Origin: Cycas panzhihuaensis
Lineage: Eukaryota; Plantae; Cycadophyta
Assembly (NCBI GenBank): GCA_023213395.1
Contig: CM041465.1
Coordinates: 140,561,741 to 140,625,740, forward strand
Direction: 5' to 3'
Length of the DNA: 64,000 bases
The notes below the pieces were generated by a model that ran no database searches, had not been told where the DNA came from, and worked only from the letters and a program-made list of their open reading frames with translations. Position numbers and translations under genes: made by a program. This document shows, in pieces, positions 53,501 through 64,000 of this stretch (position 1 is the stretch's first letter; each line of letters begins with the position of its first letter).

Positions 53501-53811
53501 TTCTCACTATATATTTGTATTCTCACTACTTGAGAACTTGAGAGAGGAGAGAGGAGAAAGATGTAATCGTTATGATCATAATTGGAGTCCTAACTCCACC
53601 TTCTCCCATGGTTTTTCCCATACTGAGTTTTCCACATATAAATCTTAGTGTCTTATGGTGATGATTATGTTTGATGATTGCTTTACTTTATATGTTTGAT
53701 GTTTTATACTCATAAGTTCGTATGATTACATATTCATATTTTTAATATGGTATTAAATCCATGTATACATATTTTAACATGGTGTCAGATCTATGCATCC
53801 ATATTTTAACA

Positions 53812-54146
53812 CCTAGAGCATGGTACTCTAGGATAGACAAGTATTTCAGAGATCAAGGATTCGAGAGAACCTAATTAGATCCAAATCTATATATCAAAAT
53901 CGAAGGAGATTCTATATTAATTATAGGACTTTATGTTGATGACCTAGTCTATACAGGAAATGACTCCCACCTTTCTCAAAAATTCAAGGATGACATATGC
54001 AAAGAGTTTTAAATTATTGACTTAGATTTAATACATTACTTCCTAAGACTAGATGTTTGGCAAGATGATGATGGTATCTTTGTCTCTTAAAGGAAATATA
54101 CCTTGGACTTACTCCAAAAGTTTAAGATAAGTGATTACAAGGCCTT
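53812..54146 (+). pseudogene. Copia D RT, middle part
   Basis: RAWYSRIDKYF...DPNLYIK...GLYVDDLVYTG. Confidence 0.95.
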
Positions 54147-55482
54147 TGTTAGGTTTAATATTCCTCATCCCACTTCCACCTTAGAAATATATGAGTGCAC
54201 ACATGTTAATGGTAAGTTAGATGCATTTATTTTAATGTTAAGCTATGCATTATTTTATATTATTTTAAATTCTAGAGGTTAAGGAGGTTTCCCTCCTCCC
54301 TCATAACTATATGTTCTATGGGGTTCTAAAGAACGGTGTTCTTTAACACCACCTACTTTGGAACATTTGTATACTCTTCAACTATGGCTTCAATACAATG
54401 ATATATTTCGAATGTATTTTTAATATGGATTGAGATCAATGTTTACCTACTCTGCTCTACTCTATGATACATTTCCAACATTTAGTATTAGAGAACATGA
54501 TTCAACCCATGACAAGTTTATTTACTAATATTTCAATTTATACTATAGTTTTTAATATTATTTCTTATATAGTTTTGATAAATAATTCATGTTTTTATTC
54601 ATACAAGCTTATTAATCATGTTTTTCTCCAAGTATTTATTATAAAATTGAGCACGCTCAGCACAATAATAGTTTAGTATAGTTATTTTCTAAATTTAATT
54701 GATAAAATATTATGTTTTCTATTATTTTACATCATATGTTTAAAGGTTAGGTAAGGTTTTATGATTTCAATAAGCAGGTGCGAACTCTACATTACTCAGA
54801 ATCTTAGCATATTACTATCCGTTTAAATCTTCAGTGAACCAGCTTTGCAACTCATTCAATGGATTTGAAAATCACTACCCCTATGAGGAGATATCTCTCT
54901 GAGAATCTCAGTGGCTCAATTTTTGTAGTGAAACCCCATTGCTCCTTCCTCACGTGCTTATTTTTTCTCATTTTATTTGTTATTTTACTGATTAGACTCA
55001 GGTGCAGGCCTCTCAAGGTCTATGTAAAGTTGTCTTAGGGTTATTTGACATATTTTATAGGTTGTATCACCTCCTATTATATATACAAACTCCCTAGACT
55101 CTAAATCTTAATTCTCAGCATAAGAGTAAGTGTTCAACATGAAATTTGATAGGAGCCTTTCCATTAGAAATATCGAGAAGCTCCTCCATTTTCATCAAGA
55201 TCCGTTGCCTATGTCAGGAGTACAAGCCACTTGAAATCCCCCTACGTGGATGTACTTACTACTCAGGTATTTTCTTAATTTTACATATTTTTTACAAATA
55301 TTTTTTCTTTTTTTTTTTTTTTAATCTATGGAATGGTCCAGTACCAGGAGAACCCTCAGTGATTGAATAGAATCTATTAGGATTGATTTTTATGATAAAA
55401 TCTAATCAGGATCTCTGGTTTCTCACTGTCCATCTATCCTCTATTCTATGCCTTGTTTCTCCTTTGTTTAATTAGTTTCTGA

Positions 55483-55558
55483 ATACACACACACACACAT
55501 ACATACACACATACACATACACACATACACACACACATACACACACACACACACACAT
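55483..55558. repeat. (CA/TA)n compound microsatellite
   Basis: Direct observation. Confidence 0.95.
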
Positions 55559-57689
55559 ATATAAAATCAATCCTCGTGTTGTGGTACCCTTCTCCTATGG
55601 TCAAATTAGTCTGATTTGGATTATTTTTTATGTCTTTCTGACCGAATTCACTCTCTATGCATCGCGTAGTTAATGAGTAATTATTTTTTATTAAAATATT
55701 TTTTTTTAAAGGTTTATGAGAAATTAAATTAAATTTAATAAAACTTTGATTATATGTATGATTTTGGGCTTACCCCCTCCATCAGTTGGCCCCCAGTCAC
55801 ATATACCTCCATATAATCGTGCTTTAATGTTAAAAGGGGCAGATTTCAAACGTTAATAAACTCCTTTTTATATTTTTCATAATAAAAGACCATTAATAAT
55901 ATTCTATAATCCTTTGAGGTCATTTAGACCCCTTGGGCACTTAGTGGTTGGTCATATTGGGTCTATATATGACTAGCAACCTAACTCCAAAGAGGCTTAT
56001 TATATATTTCTTTTAAAATTTTTATTTTATTAATACTCAAAGAGGTCTAGTGGATTTTTTCACTATAACTCTACACTTGAGTGTTAGTTGCTTACAAAGT
56101 TAGACTTGTTGGATTCATATTTTAGTGCTCTTTAGCTTAGTACCATCTTTTATTCAATTTGAGTTTTATTTCAGTAGTGTTTAACTTAATCAAAGCTGAT
56201 CTTCCCTTTCAGCACTTATTTCACTTACCAAAAGGGGGTTTGTTCATTGTTTCTTCAATAACTTAATTATTATAGCTCTATTTTTCAAACTATAAGAAGC
56301 AACGAAAAGAATTTTTAGATCTCTACATATTATAATTAGTTTTATCTTATTTTTATAGTATTTTATAAGTCTTTAAAGCTCCTCAAGTCAAGGCTCTAGT
56401 TTAGCTCTAATAGGCACATTTTGTAATATTTTTGAGTAAATCTTTCATCTTAATTAAATCCATTTGAATATTATTTACTACTAATTAGTTGTTTGATGAT
56501 ATTTATTGGTTTTTATAAGATTACAATTTGATTTACAACTTTTAGCATCAATTTTAGCTTCTTGAGGATCAAGAGGTCTACTTGGATCAATACATCAAAT
56601 TAGTACTAGTTACCTTAATCACTTATTTTATTTTACACTTTCATTTATATTTAGAATAATTTTTTGAGATAATTTTAAATATTATATCTTCTTAAAATTT
56701 TCAAAGTATACCTAATTTATTTCTAAATTTACAAAGGAACTTCTTGTCATTTGATTCACATTAGTACAAAAAATATTATTTCTACATCTCAAAGTCATTT
56801 ATTTAGTTAAAAAAGGCATTGCAAAGGGTATAATCACAAGTTATTTTACTTATTTTTATGCTTCTAAGTTCACTTAATATTCTAAGACTTAAAAGCATTT
56901 AAATATTTAAAGCATTATTGATTTATTACATCGCTTAGAGAGGATGCATATAATATATTTATTTACAAAGAACATCTTAATTTGAAAGATATTAGATTGC
57001 ATTTGATCATTCAAGGAACATATTTTTTCATCATATTTTGATTGATTGAACACACATTTATTTGAAAATTTATATTTCAGGCTTCTTGATTTACTAGTAG
57101 AAGGTGTATTTCAGTTGCTTTAAAGCCATTGCATTTGAAAGTTAAAAAGTGCATAAAAGTGCATAACTATAAACTTATTCTTTTGAACTTTTAAGAATTT
57201 CAAGGTACACTCTATTAAACATTTTATTTTTAAGATATATATATTCATTATTTCTTAAAAGGAATATAGTTTGAATATTATTTTCAATCCAAGAGGGTAT
57301 TTGCCTTTCATTCTTTAAAGAATCTCTTAGCTGATTGATTAAGAAGGCATTTGAACATTAAAATAAATTGAAGTTTCATTTATTTGAATTCTCTTTTTAG
57401 TACCTTATTATTCAATCAAATTTTTGGAAAAGAAGTACATTTAGTTTACTTTGAAAATGAAGCTTGTTATTTTATTTTGCATATTATTTTCAAAGGACCA
57501 TTTATCATTTTCAATTCAAAAGGATATTTGATTACATAAAGAAACATTTATCTCACCTCATTTTTTCATACTTTGAATAGTGAAATTTATTCTAAAGTAT
57601 CATTTATTATTTGTTCATTTAAGGATTACTCTTCTTATTTGTTCATTAAAAATCATTTTTTTTTATCATATACTAAAATCTTTTATACA

Positions 57690-58358
57690 ATGACAATGAA
57701 TCCAAGTAATATAATCTTTTCTATATTTGACAGAAATGATTTTCAGCTATAAAGAATAATAATGAAAGCATACTTTATTGCAAATGACCTTTAAAAGTAT
57801 GTAAAAGATGGATATGTACCAAATATTAAAGAAGATATGAAAAAGGACAATGAAGCCCTAATACTATTATTTTATAGAATAGATGATAATGTATTCTCTA
57901 ATGTTTATGAAATGACCACAACCAAATCTATACAGGATACTTTAGAATTGATTTATGGGGGAGATACCTTGGAATTTAATATTACTAATTATATTAATGA
58001 TGTTTTTCCTGTGAGGCAGATGTTAGAGTAGGTGCATTTTGATGAAAAGACTAATGTTACTTATACTAATATAGATTTCAATAAAAGTAATGACTCTAAT
58101 GTTGTATTTGGTGAGATAATATGTACCTTAGACTTGACTAAAGTAAAAGAAAAATATCAAGATAAAGCTACCTCTACTCATTCAAATCAAGCTATGCCTA
58201 CTTGGAAGCCATTTAAACCACATAATATTAAAAATGCATACTTTGCTGAAAGAATGATAAGGCAAGTTGTTGACTACATCAAGGATGATGATCAAGCTAA
58301 AGGATAAGTATTTAAAGTCCTTTTCAAGTATAGGTACCACAAGTTCAAGGAGAAATAA
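57690..58358 (+). pseudogene. A2 mini-gag ORF, decayed
   Basis: MTMNPSNIIFSIFDRNDFQL*...KKDNEALILLFY...KVLFKYRYHKFKEK*. Confidence 0.85.
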
Positions 58359-58723
58359 AAGATGATCATGATGAACATTAAGGGGCAGTATGTTAGGGTT
58401 AATATTTCTCACCCCACTCCTACCTTAGAAATATGCGAGTACACACATGTTAACGGTAAGTTAAGTGAGTTTATTTTAATATTAAGTTATGCATTACTTT
58501 ATATTATTTTAAATGTTGAAGCTTGAGGAGGTTTCCCTCCTCCATCACAATTATATATTCTATGGGTTTTAAACATTGATGTTCTTTAACACCACCTACT
58601 TTGGAACATTTGTATACTCTTCAACTATGTCTTCAATACAATGATATATTTCAAATGTATTTTTAATATAGATTGAGATCAATGTTTACATGCTCCACTC
58701 TGCTCTCTATTATATTTCCAACA

Positions 58724-59148
58724 CCCTTATCCATACTAGCAGAAGTTAGTATCAACTATGCAAACTTGATAATTCTACATTGATGTATCCTACATTATAT
58801 AAACGGTTGATTGGGAGCCTAATATAGTTGACATCTATATGACTTAATATCATGCATGTAGTTAGTATTGTATCAAGATTTATGAAAGATCCTAAATTTA
58901 CACATTGGTAAGTAGATAAACATATTCTATGGTATCTAAAGGCCATGACAAACTATGGGCTATATTACAAACCTTCACCAAGTTTTAGATTGATTAGGTA
59001 TACAAATTTTGATTAGACAGGTGGTATTAATGATAAAAAGTCTACTTCTAATATATATTCAGTTTAGGTTCAACAATTATTGCATGGAGTACCAAAAAAT
59101 ATAATATCATCTCCTTATCTATAGTAGAAGTAGAGTATAAGGCATAAG
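58724..59148 (+). pseudogene. Copia D RT C-terminus and RNase H N-terminus
   Basis: YKRLIGSLI, VSIVSRFMKDP..THW, ILWYLK, AWSTKKYNIISLS..EVEYKA. Broken off by LTR E. Confidence 0.9.
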
Positions 59149-59296
59149 TATTGGTTGATGGCAAGCTCCCACTTGCCTCTTAACCTATAAATATATGGTG
59201 TATTATACATCTATGTTTTTAAACACCACCCTCAATTGGAATATAGCATGTTATTTTGTTCTGCTCTATCCTCAATTACTTCACTTAGTACCAAAA
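59149..59296 (+). mobile_element. 5' LTR (59149-59283) and decayed PBS of element E, related to the D LTR
   Basis: Shares its start (T.T..GTTGATG), AACACCACCCT and TTGTTCTGCTCTATCCT with 32531-32676. Followed by TTAGTACCAAAA. No PPT in front. Confidence 0.7.
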
Positions 59297-59304
59297 ATAA
59301 GATA

Positions 59305-62300
59305 TGTTGATAAAGAAGGTAAATTTTTATTAGGTGTTTTATAGTAGAATTTTGATTATTGGTCAATGTGAGTTGCATATTTTTTTATGAGATGTTATGG
59401 AATCAAATTAAGGTTTTGTAATTTATGAAGAGTTTTTGATAACTATACAATAGGATACATAAGTAGTATTATGATCATTGTTTAGATAGCCACAATTAAT
59501 CTAGTCATTCCACGATATGTTTAGTCACCACTTGTGGTTCTAATAGTAGTAAGAAACCTAATAGATTATTCATAGTTTATAAACATGATAAAAAGAGTTA
59601 TGTATTTGAGGAGAATGAGAAGTTGTGCCTTAAATTAGTATCTTGCTTATCTAAGTCCTCTAAACTAAGCCTATAAATTGGTTGAAAGTGACAAAAGGAG
59701 TAAAAAGGAAAAGAGCAAAAGATAACACTTAAAGAATGAGGAGCGATGTGAAGATCAGAGGAAGCCAAGAGAGAAAGAGAGAGAGAAGAGAAGCAGATTC
59801 AACTTTAAGTCTATATTTTCTCTATTAAATAACTTTAAACTTAGCTTTAGAAAAGTCTCCACAAGCTCTAAATAAGGGTTACAAGTGTGAGTTAGGATTG
59901 TAGTAGCACTCCATTGCTTTAACTGATCTCCTTCCCTTACTTAAGAAAAATGATGAGTTTTTATAGAAGAAAAATAGAGGGAGGAAGGTCAGAATGGTGG
60001 GGAAGTAGAGTCGTGGTTTCCTATAATCTAACATCTACATGTAAGGAAAAAATGACCTACTATTACACATTTATTTTCTATGCTAGAAGACAAAAACTAT
60101 GACCAATAGTGAAAACTATAAGTAATAAGTAAAAATTATAACCAATAGTATATTAAAAATACAATAAAGAGATGATCATATTTTTAGTTATATGGAGTTT
60201 ACATTCTATAAATAAGGCTTCATTTTTAGTAATACTAAAAACATGACCTTTAGTGAAAAATATGAATAATGAAAAAAGGTGAGAAAAAAGGGGTTTCATT
60301 AGAAAAAAAAAAAATCAAAGGAAAACATACCATAGAGAAATGTCTTAAATAAAAAAATGGAAATTTGTCATAAAGTTGAACTCAAAGGGAAAAATAAGTA
60401 AATGTGACAAATTTACCAAGTCCAAAACAAGCTAGAAAAAAAATGAATGATAGAAGTTGGCTAGAGCTCTAAAGGAGGCTAGAATAAGTTAGATTTATTA
60501 GCCACTTTTATGATCTTTACATCATTAATAATTTTGGTCAAGCATAGGCATAATCAATATGAAATCACTCAACCATCATATCAAGTAGTCACTAGATTAC
60601 CACGCAATAATGTAGTTAAACTCAAGTAATAAACAAAAAGGGCATGAGACTTGGTTAATGTGAAAAAAGGGCATAGTTAGTTGGAATATTTATTCACTTG
60701 GTAATGGAAGCTCTATGAACAAGTTGGAGTAGGATGGTGAATGTTAGCAACCTTACTGAAAATGAGTTGTTTAAGAACTTAGGTTAACTAGACTATCTAT
60801 TGAGTTGTTTAAAAAGATGAAGATGTAGATAATTAAAGGAAGTATAGATGGGGTGAATGAGTAGTGTTGATTATGGTAGCTTGATATACTTCTACCTATT
60901 TTCCTCGACTAAATGTTTAGAAAGAAATATTTGATTTTTTAAGTTTTTTTTTTTTTCTAATTTGATTTTATTTTTTAACTTTTATGTTTTACATTGTAAA
61001 TATAAAGAACCTATGCATAAGGTTGAACCTACCATAATTTGGCCTCATTAGCGGTTGATTTTTGGAGGTATTGAGACTTACCATAATTTTGCCTCATCTA
61101 TAGTTGATTTTCAAAGGGATGTGGTCACCATAGTTTTACCTCTTTAGTGATAATCTCACATCTCTTAAGTGAATAAGACTACAAAGCTTTAGAGGGGCGG
61201 TCACCATGGTTTTACCTCATTAGTGACCATCTTATGTCTCTTAAGTGAGTGAGACTATGAGGCTTCAAAGAGGTGACACCCATTACAAGTATGTATTTGG
61301 GACTGCCATAGTTTAGGCTCTTTAGCAGGTGAGACCTTCAAAGCCATAGTTTACTCTCATTACAAAGTGAGGGATCTATTACAATAGGTGGATATGACTA
61401 TTATAGTTTAGATTCTTTAGTATATGCATTTTTAGAGTCATAGTTTATAGTCATTATAGAGAGGAAACACCCCCAAGTACAAGTCTTAAGTGAAAGGTAG
61501 ATTATTCTGATTCAAATTCAAAGTAAGAAATGTCCCCAACTTATCATGACTAGGCTATAATTGATGTTTATCAATTAAATAAGAAGCAAGTGAATCAGAT
61601 TCAATATTTTGGGTCCTTAAGATGTGTTGAATAGTTATAGATATAAATTATAATAGTAAAGAGATGATAGTACCGAGCAAGTGATGCATGCAGCTTAAAT
61701 GAGTTTGATAAAAATCAGTAAGTTAGTATGCTACAATTTAGAAATTTAAAACTAGATTAATGGGTCCATCATGGAAGTTAAGAACATCAGTAAGGGCTCC
61801 AATGAAAAATAAATATTTTGCTATATTATTAGTTACTTGTGGTATGAGGAATTTGACATTAGCAAGGATAGTTCCCCCATGGTCATGGATGATCCATGTT
61901 GCAAAAGAAACTCCTAGGTTCCCTTAGCTCTTACCATTAGTATAGATGTTTAAAGCCATAATAGGAAAGAGCAAAAACCTCACAGATATATTGATAAATA
62001 GGGTGAAGGTATAGGAATCAATTATAAGGGTGTCACCTAACTTAAATGACACAACCTAGAGGTGTGAAAGACATAAACCCCATAGTTTAGTTTCATCATT
62101 ATGACTACCTTTTCTAAAGCTAATATATAACCTCTTAAATGTCACACATGTTTTGATCATAATTGAGGTTACATTGGGCCCAAGTAATTGGATTATAAGC
62201 ACTTAAATGATGTACACAATTGGGTTTGATTACATATTGTAGATGATCATGAAGTTGACACACAAGTTGCCCATGATGCTAAGAGGGCACTAATATCTAT

Positions 62301-64000
62301 ACACAAGAATTTTTTTACATATTTTTTCTTAATTCTCTCTTTTTATTTATGGGGAGGGTGTTAGTCCATACGGTAGTTCAAATAAAGGTAGTAAACTTGA
62401 CATCATTGAACAAACTTTCTAGATGATGCATCCCATTTTCCCTCATGCTTACTAAAGGACAAGTGACTACAATCATCACACAATCTTCATTAAGGTATAG
62501 TGGATAGGATGAATAATAACTTTAGAGAGTATAGTTCTGATTATCTAAACCATGGGGTATTAAAATCCAAGAAAGTATAGGTGATAAATAGATTAAGATC
62601 ATGCTCTTATGAGATAAGCTATGAGTGTTTATAGGATGTTCAATCAAAGTATCTCTGAGGGTCAAAGGAGATGGCCTTAACAACTAACTACCAAGGAGTA
62701 GGAGGGCTACTACCAAAGGGGTTTGCTTTGAAACTAGGTACCTAGTGCACCAAAGGGGAGAAGGACAAGTTATGATCACTTGTATAACTAGAGTTCCACT
62801 TACAAAGAGATAACGTATAGGTAGCAAAGGGTAGATAAGGAGACTATTTAATGCTTAACTATCTGGCTAATTAAGAGCTAAAAGACATTTTAATTATTGA
62901 AAATGTAAAAAGAACTATCTACTAGCTAAAGGAAACAAGAAAAAGTAATAGTATTATGGATATATCTAGCTTATTTTGAAGTAAAAGGAGTTGTTTGGGT
63001 ATAATGGAATACCAAATGGAGATGTTGACTAGTTGTGTTGATAATTAAAGACCATCATGTTGAGCCAAGTAGGGAGTAGGTAAAAGATTGGAAGGCTTAA
63101 CCAAAGTAGGGAAAAGGGAAAGAAATAAGCATGTTTTTATTATTTTAAGATTTTATAGTGTTTTATTTTTTTAAGATAAAGATCTGTATATATTTAGTTT
63201 ATACTTGCTTTTGAAGTGGTGCTCCCTAAATATGAGTCTTGGAGGAAATATAAGTGTTTAACCTACCATAGTTTAGGATTATTAGTAAGGAGGTTTTTTC
63301 CAAACTATAGTTTAGGCTTATTACAAAATGTGGCCTAGGGTGGCTAGGTATAATACCTTCTTAGAAATTGAGAGTTGATTAGCTTTTAGAATTCAAGTCC
63401 ATTAAGAGGAGAGAGATGATAAGCCCCATTGTTTAAGTCTTTAATAACCAAGTAAGAGCCTGCTTACTTGGAGTTTATTTTTTGTTGTTTTTCTTGTAAA
63501 TATTTAAGCTTGAGTACATTGTCCCTTATATAAAACTTCCTTGGTCTTAATAATAATCATGAGTTACTTGGGCTTAATTCTTTAAGGCTAAGTTCTTTTC
63601 ATGTGCTTCAAAATAGGTCTTATCTATATTTTCAAGTTCTAATAGCCTTGCTTATCATAGCCATTCCTTATTGATGAAGTGTTTAAGTGAGACCCCAAGT
63701 GAAGAAATCTCTATTTCTAAAGGAAGCATAGCTTCAGTCCCATAGACTAGTAAGAGCAAGGTCATCCTAGGCATAATTCTAATGGAAGTGCAATAATCCC
63801 ATAAGGTATGAAAAAATTGAGTGTGCTAATAACGTTAGGAATCAACAACTATTTTAACCAAGATCTGTATCAAGGCTTTATTAAAGGCTTCGATTTGATC
63901 ATTTGCTTATGAGTGATAGTGGTATGATATTTTGTGTGTTGTATGAAACTTATCATAAATCTTATCAATATGAGAGTTATAAAATAAAGTCTCATTATTT
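59305..64000 (-). mobile_element. 3' LTR and long 3' UTR of a second Athila/Tat-type Gypsy ('Gypsy2'); coding part outside the window
   Basis: Reverse complement of about 62150-62310 matches 10290-10450, and of about 61530-61560 matches 11050-11080. Tandem units at 61010-61460 are related to the 42-bp array of Gypsy1. LTR tentatively 59305 to about 60890. Confidence 0.65.
61010..61460 (-). repeat. Degenerate tandem array in the Gypsy2 3' UTR
   Basis: Recurrent CCATAGTTTTACCTCATTAG-like core, about 8 copies. Two more copies near 63265-63325. Confidence 0.75.

Larger units (their letters stand above)
38301..53811 (+). mobile_element. Non-autonomous Copia-derived element C inserted in D RT; carries an eIF4A fragment and hosts B1/B2
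   Basis: 465-bp LTRs at 38301-38765 and 53347-53811. Perfect TSD CCTAG. G-run PPT at 53339-53346. Splits the RT motif APR/AWY. Confidence 0.95.
54147..58723 (+). mobile_element. Mini-gag LTR element A2 (same subfamily as A1)
   Basis: LTRs 54147-54480 and 58391-58723. Decayed PBS at about 54483. PPT about 58380-58390. TSD GCCTT/CCCTT. About 55950-58390 is colinear with A1 28650-31056. Confidence 0.93.
32531..59148 (+). mobile_element. Ty1/Copia element D with complete domain set, interrupted by C, A2 and E; 3' end not in the window
   Basis: Short 5' LTR 32531-32676, PBS TGGTATTAGAGC at 32679-32690, about 2.4-kb leader, then gag-PR-INT-RT-RH order. The reading frame rejoins across the nested insertions. 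Confidence 0.92.

Noticed and set aside
59149-59283. Possible 3' LTR of Copia D
   Set aside because: No PPT in front, RNase H is cut mid-domain, the middle differs from D's 5' LTR, and a PBS-like sequence follows. Better explained as the 5' LTR of another insertion.

Overview
AT-rich, strongly CpG/CHG-depleted plant DNA. A large gymnosperm-type genome is my inference from the element families and the decay pattern. I find no intact host gene; essentially the whole window is stacked retrotransposons. Order along the window: an old Tat/Athila-type Ty3/Gypsy element (<1-15285, +); an old Copia-derived element F (15286-25305, -) carrying a full-length L1 LINE with RNase H, TSD and poly(A) (16257-22641); then a deep nest. 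In the nest, Copia-derived G (from 26246) hosts mini-gag element A1 (26572-31390), a 269-bp TRIM (32111-32379) and a gag-pol Copia D (32531->59148). D is interrupted by element C (38301-53811), by A2 (54147-58723), and by an LTR E followed by a second, minus-strand Gypsy (to the window end). C carries an intronless eIF4A fragment and hosts B1 (40868-52013), which hosts B2 (41963-47647). The most interesting signal is the family of non-autonomous mini-gag LTR elements (A1, A2, B1, B2). Each has a short gag/RNase-H-tail fusion ORF and a hypervariable internal slot. In B1 and B2 the slot holds unrelated, antisense arrays of exon-like pieces separated by 19-42 nt GT...AG stubs. Other oddities: the same 10-bp 5'/3' LTR asymmetry in two independent insertions, and tandem or duplicated primer-binding sites. 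All alignments were done by eye, and I could not identify the cargo source genes other than eIF4A.
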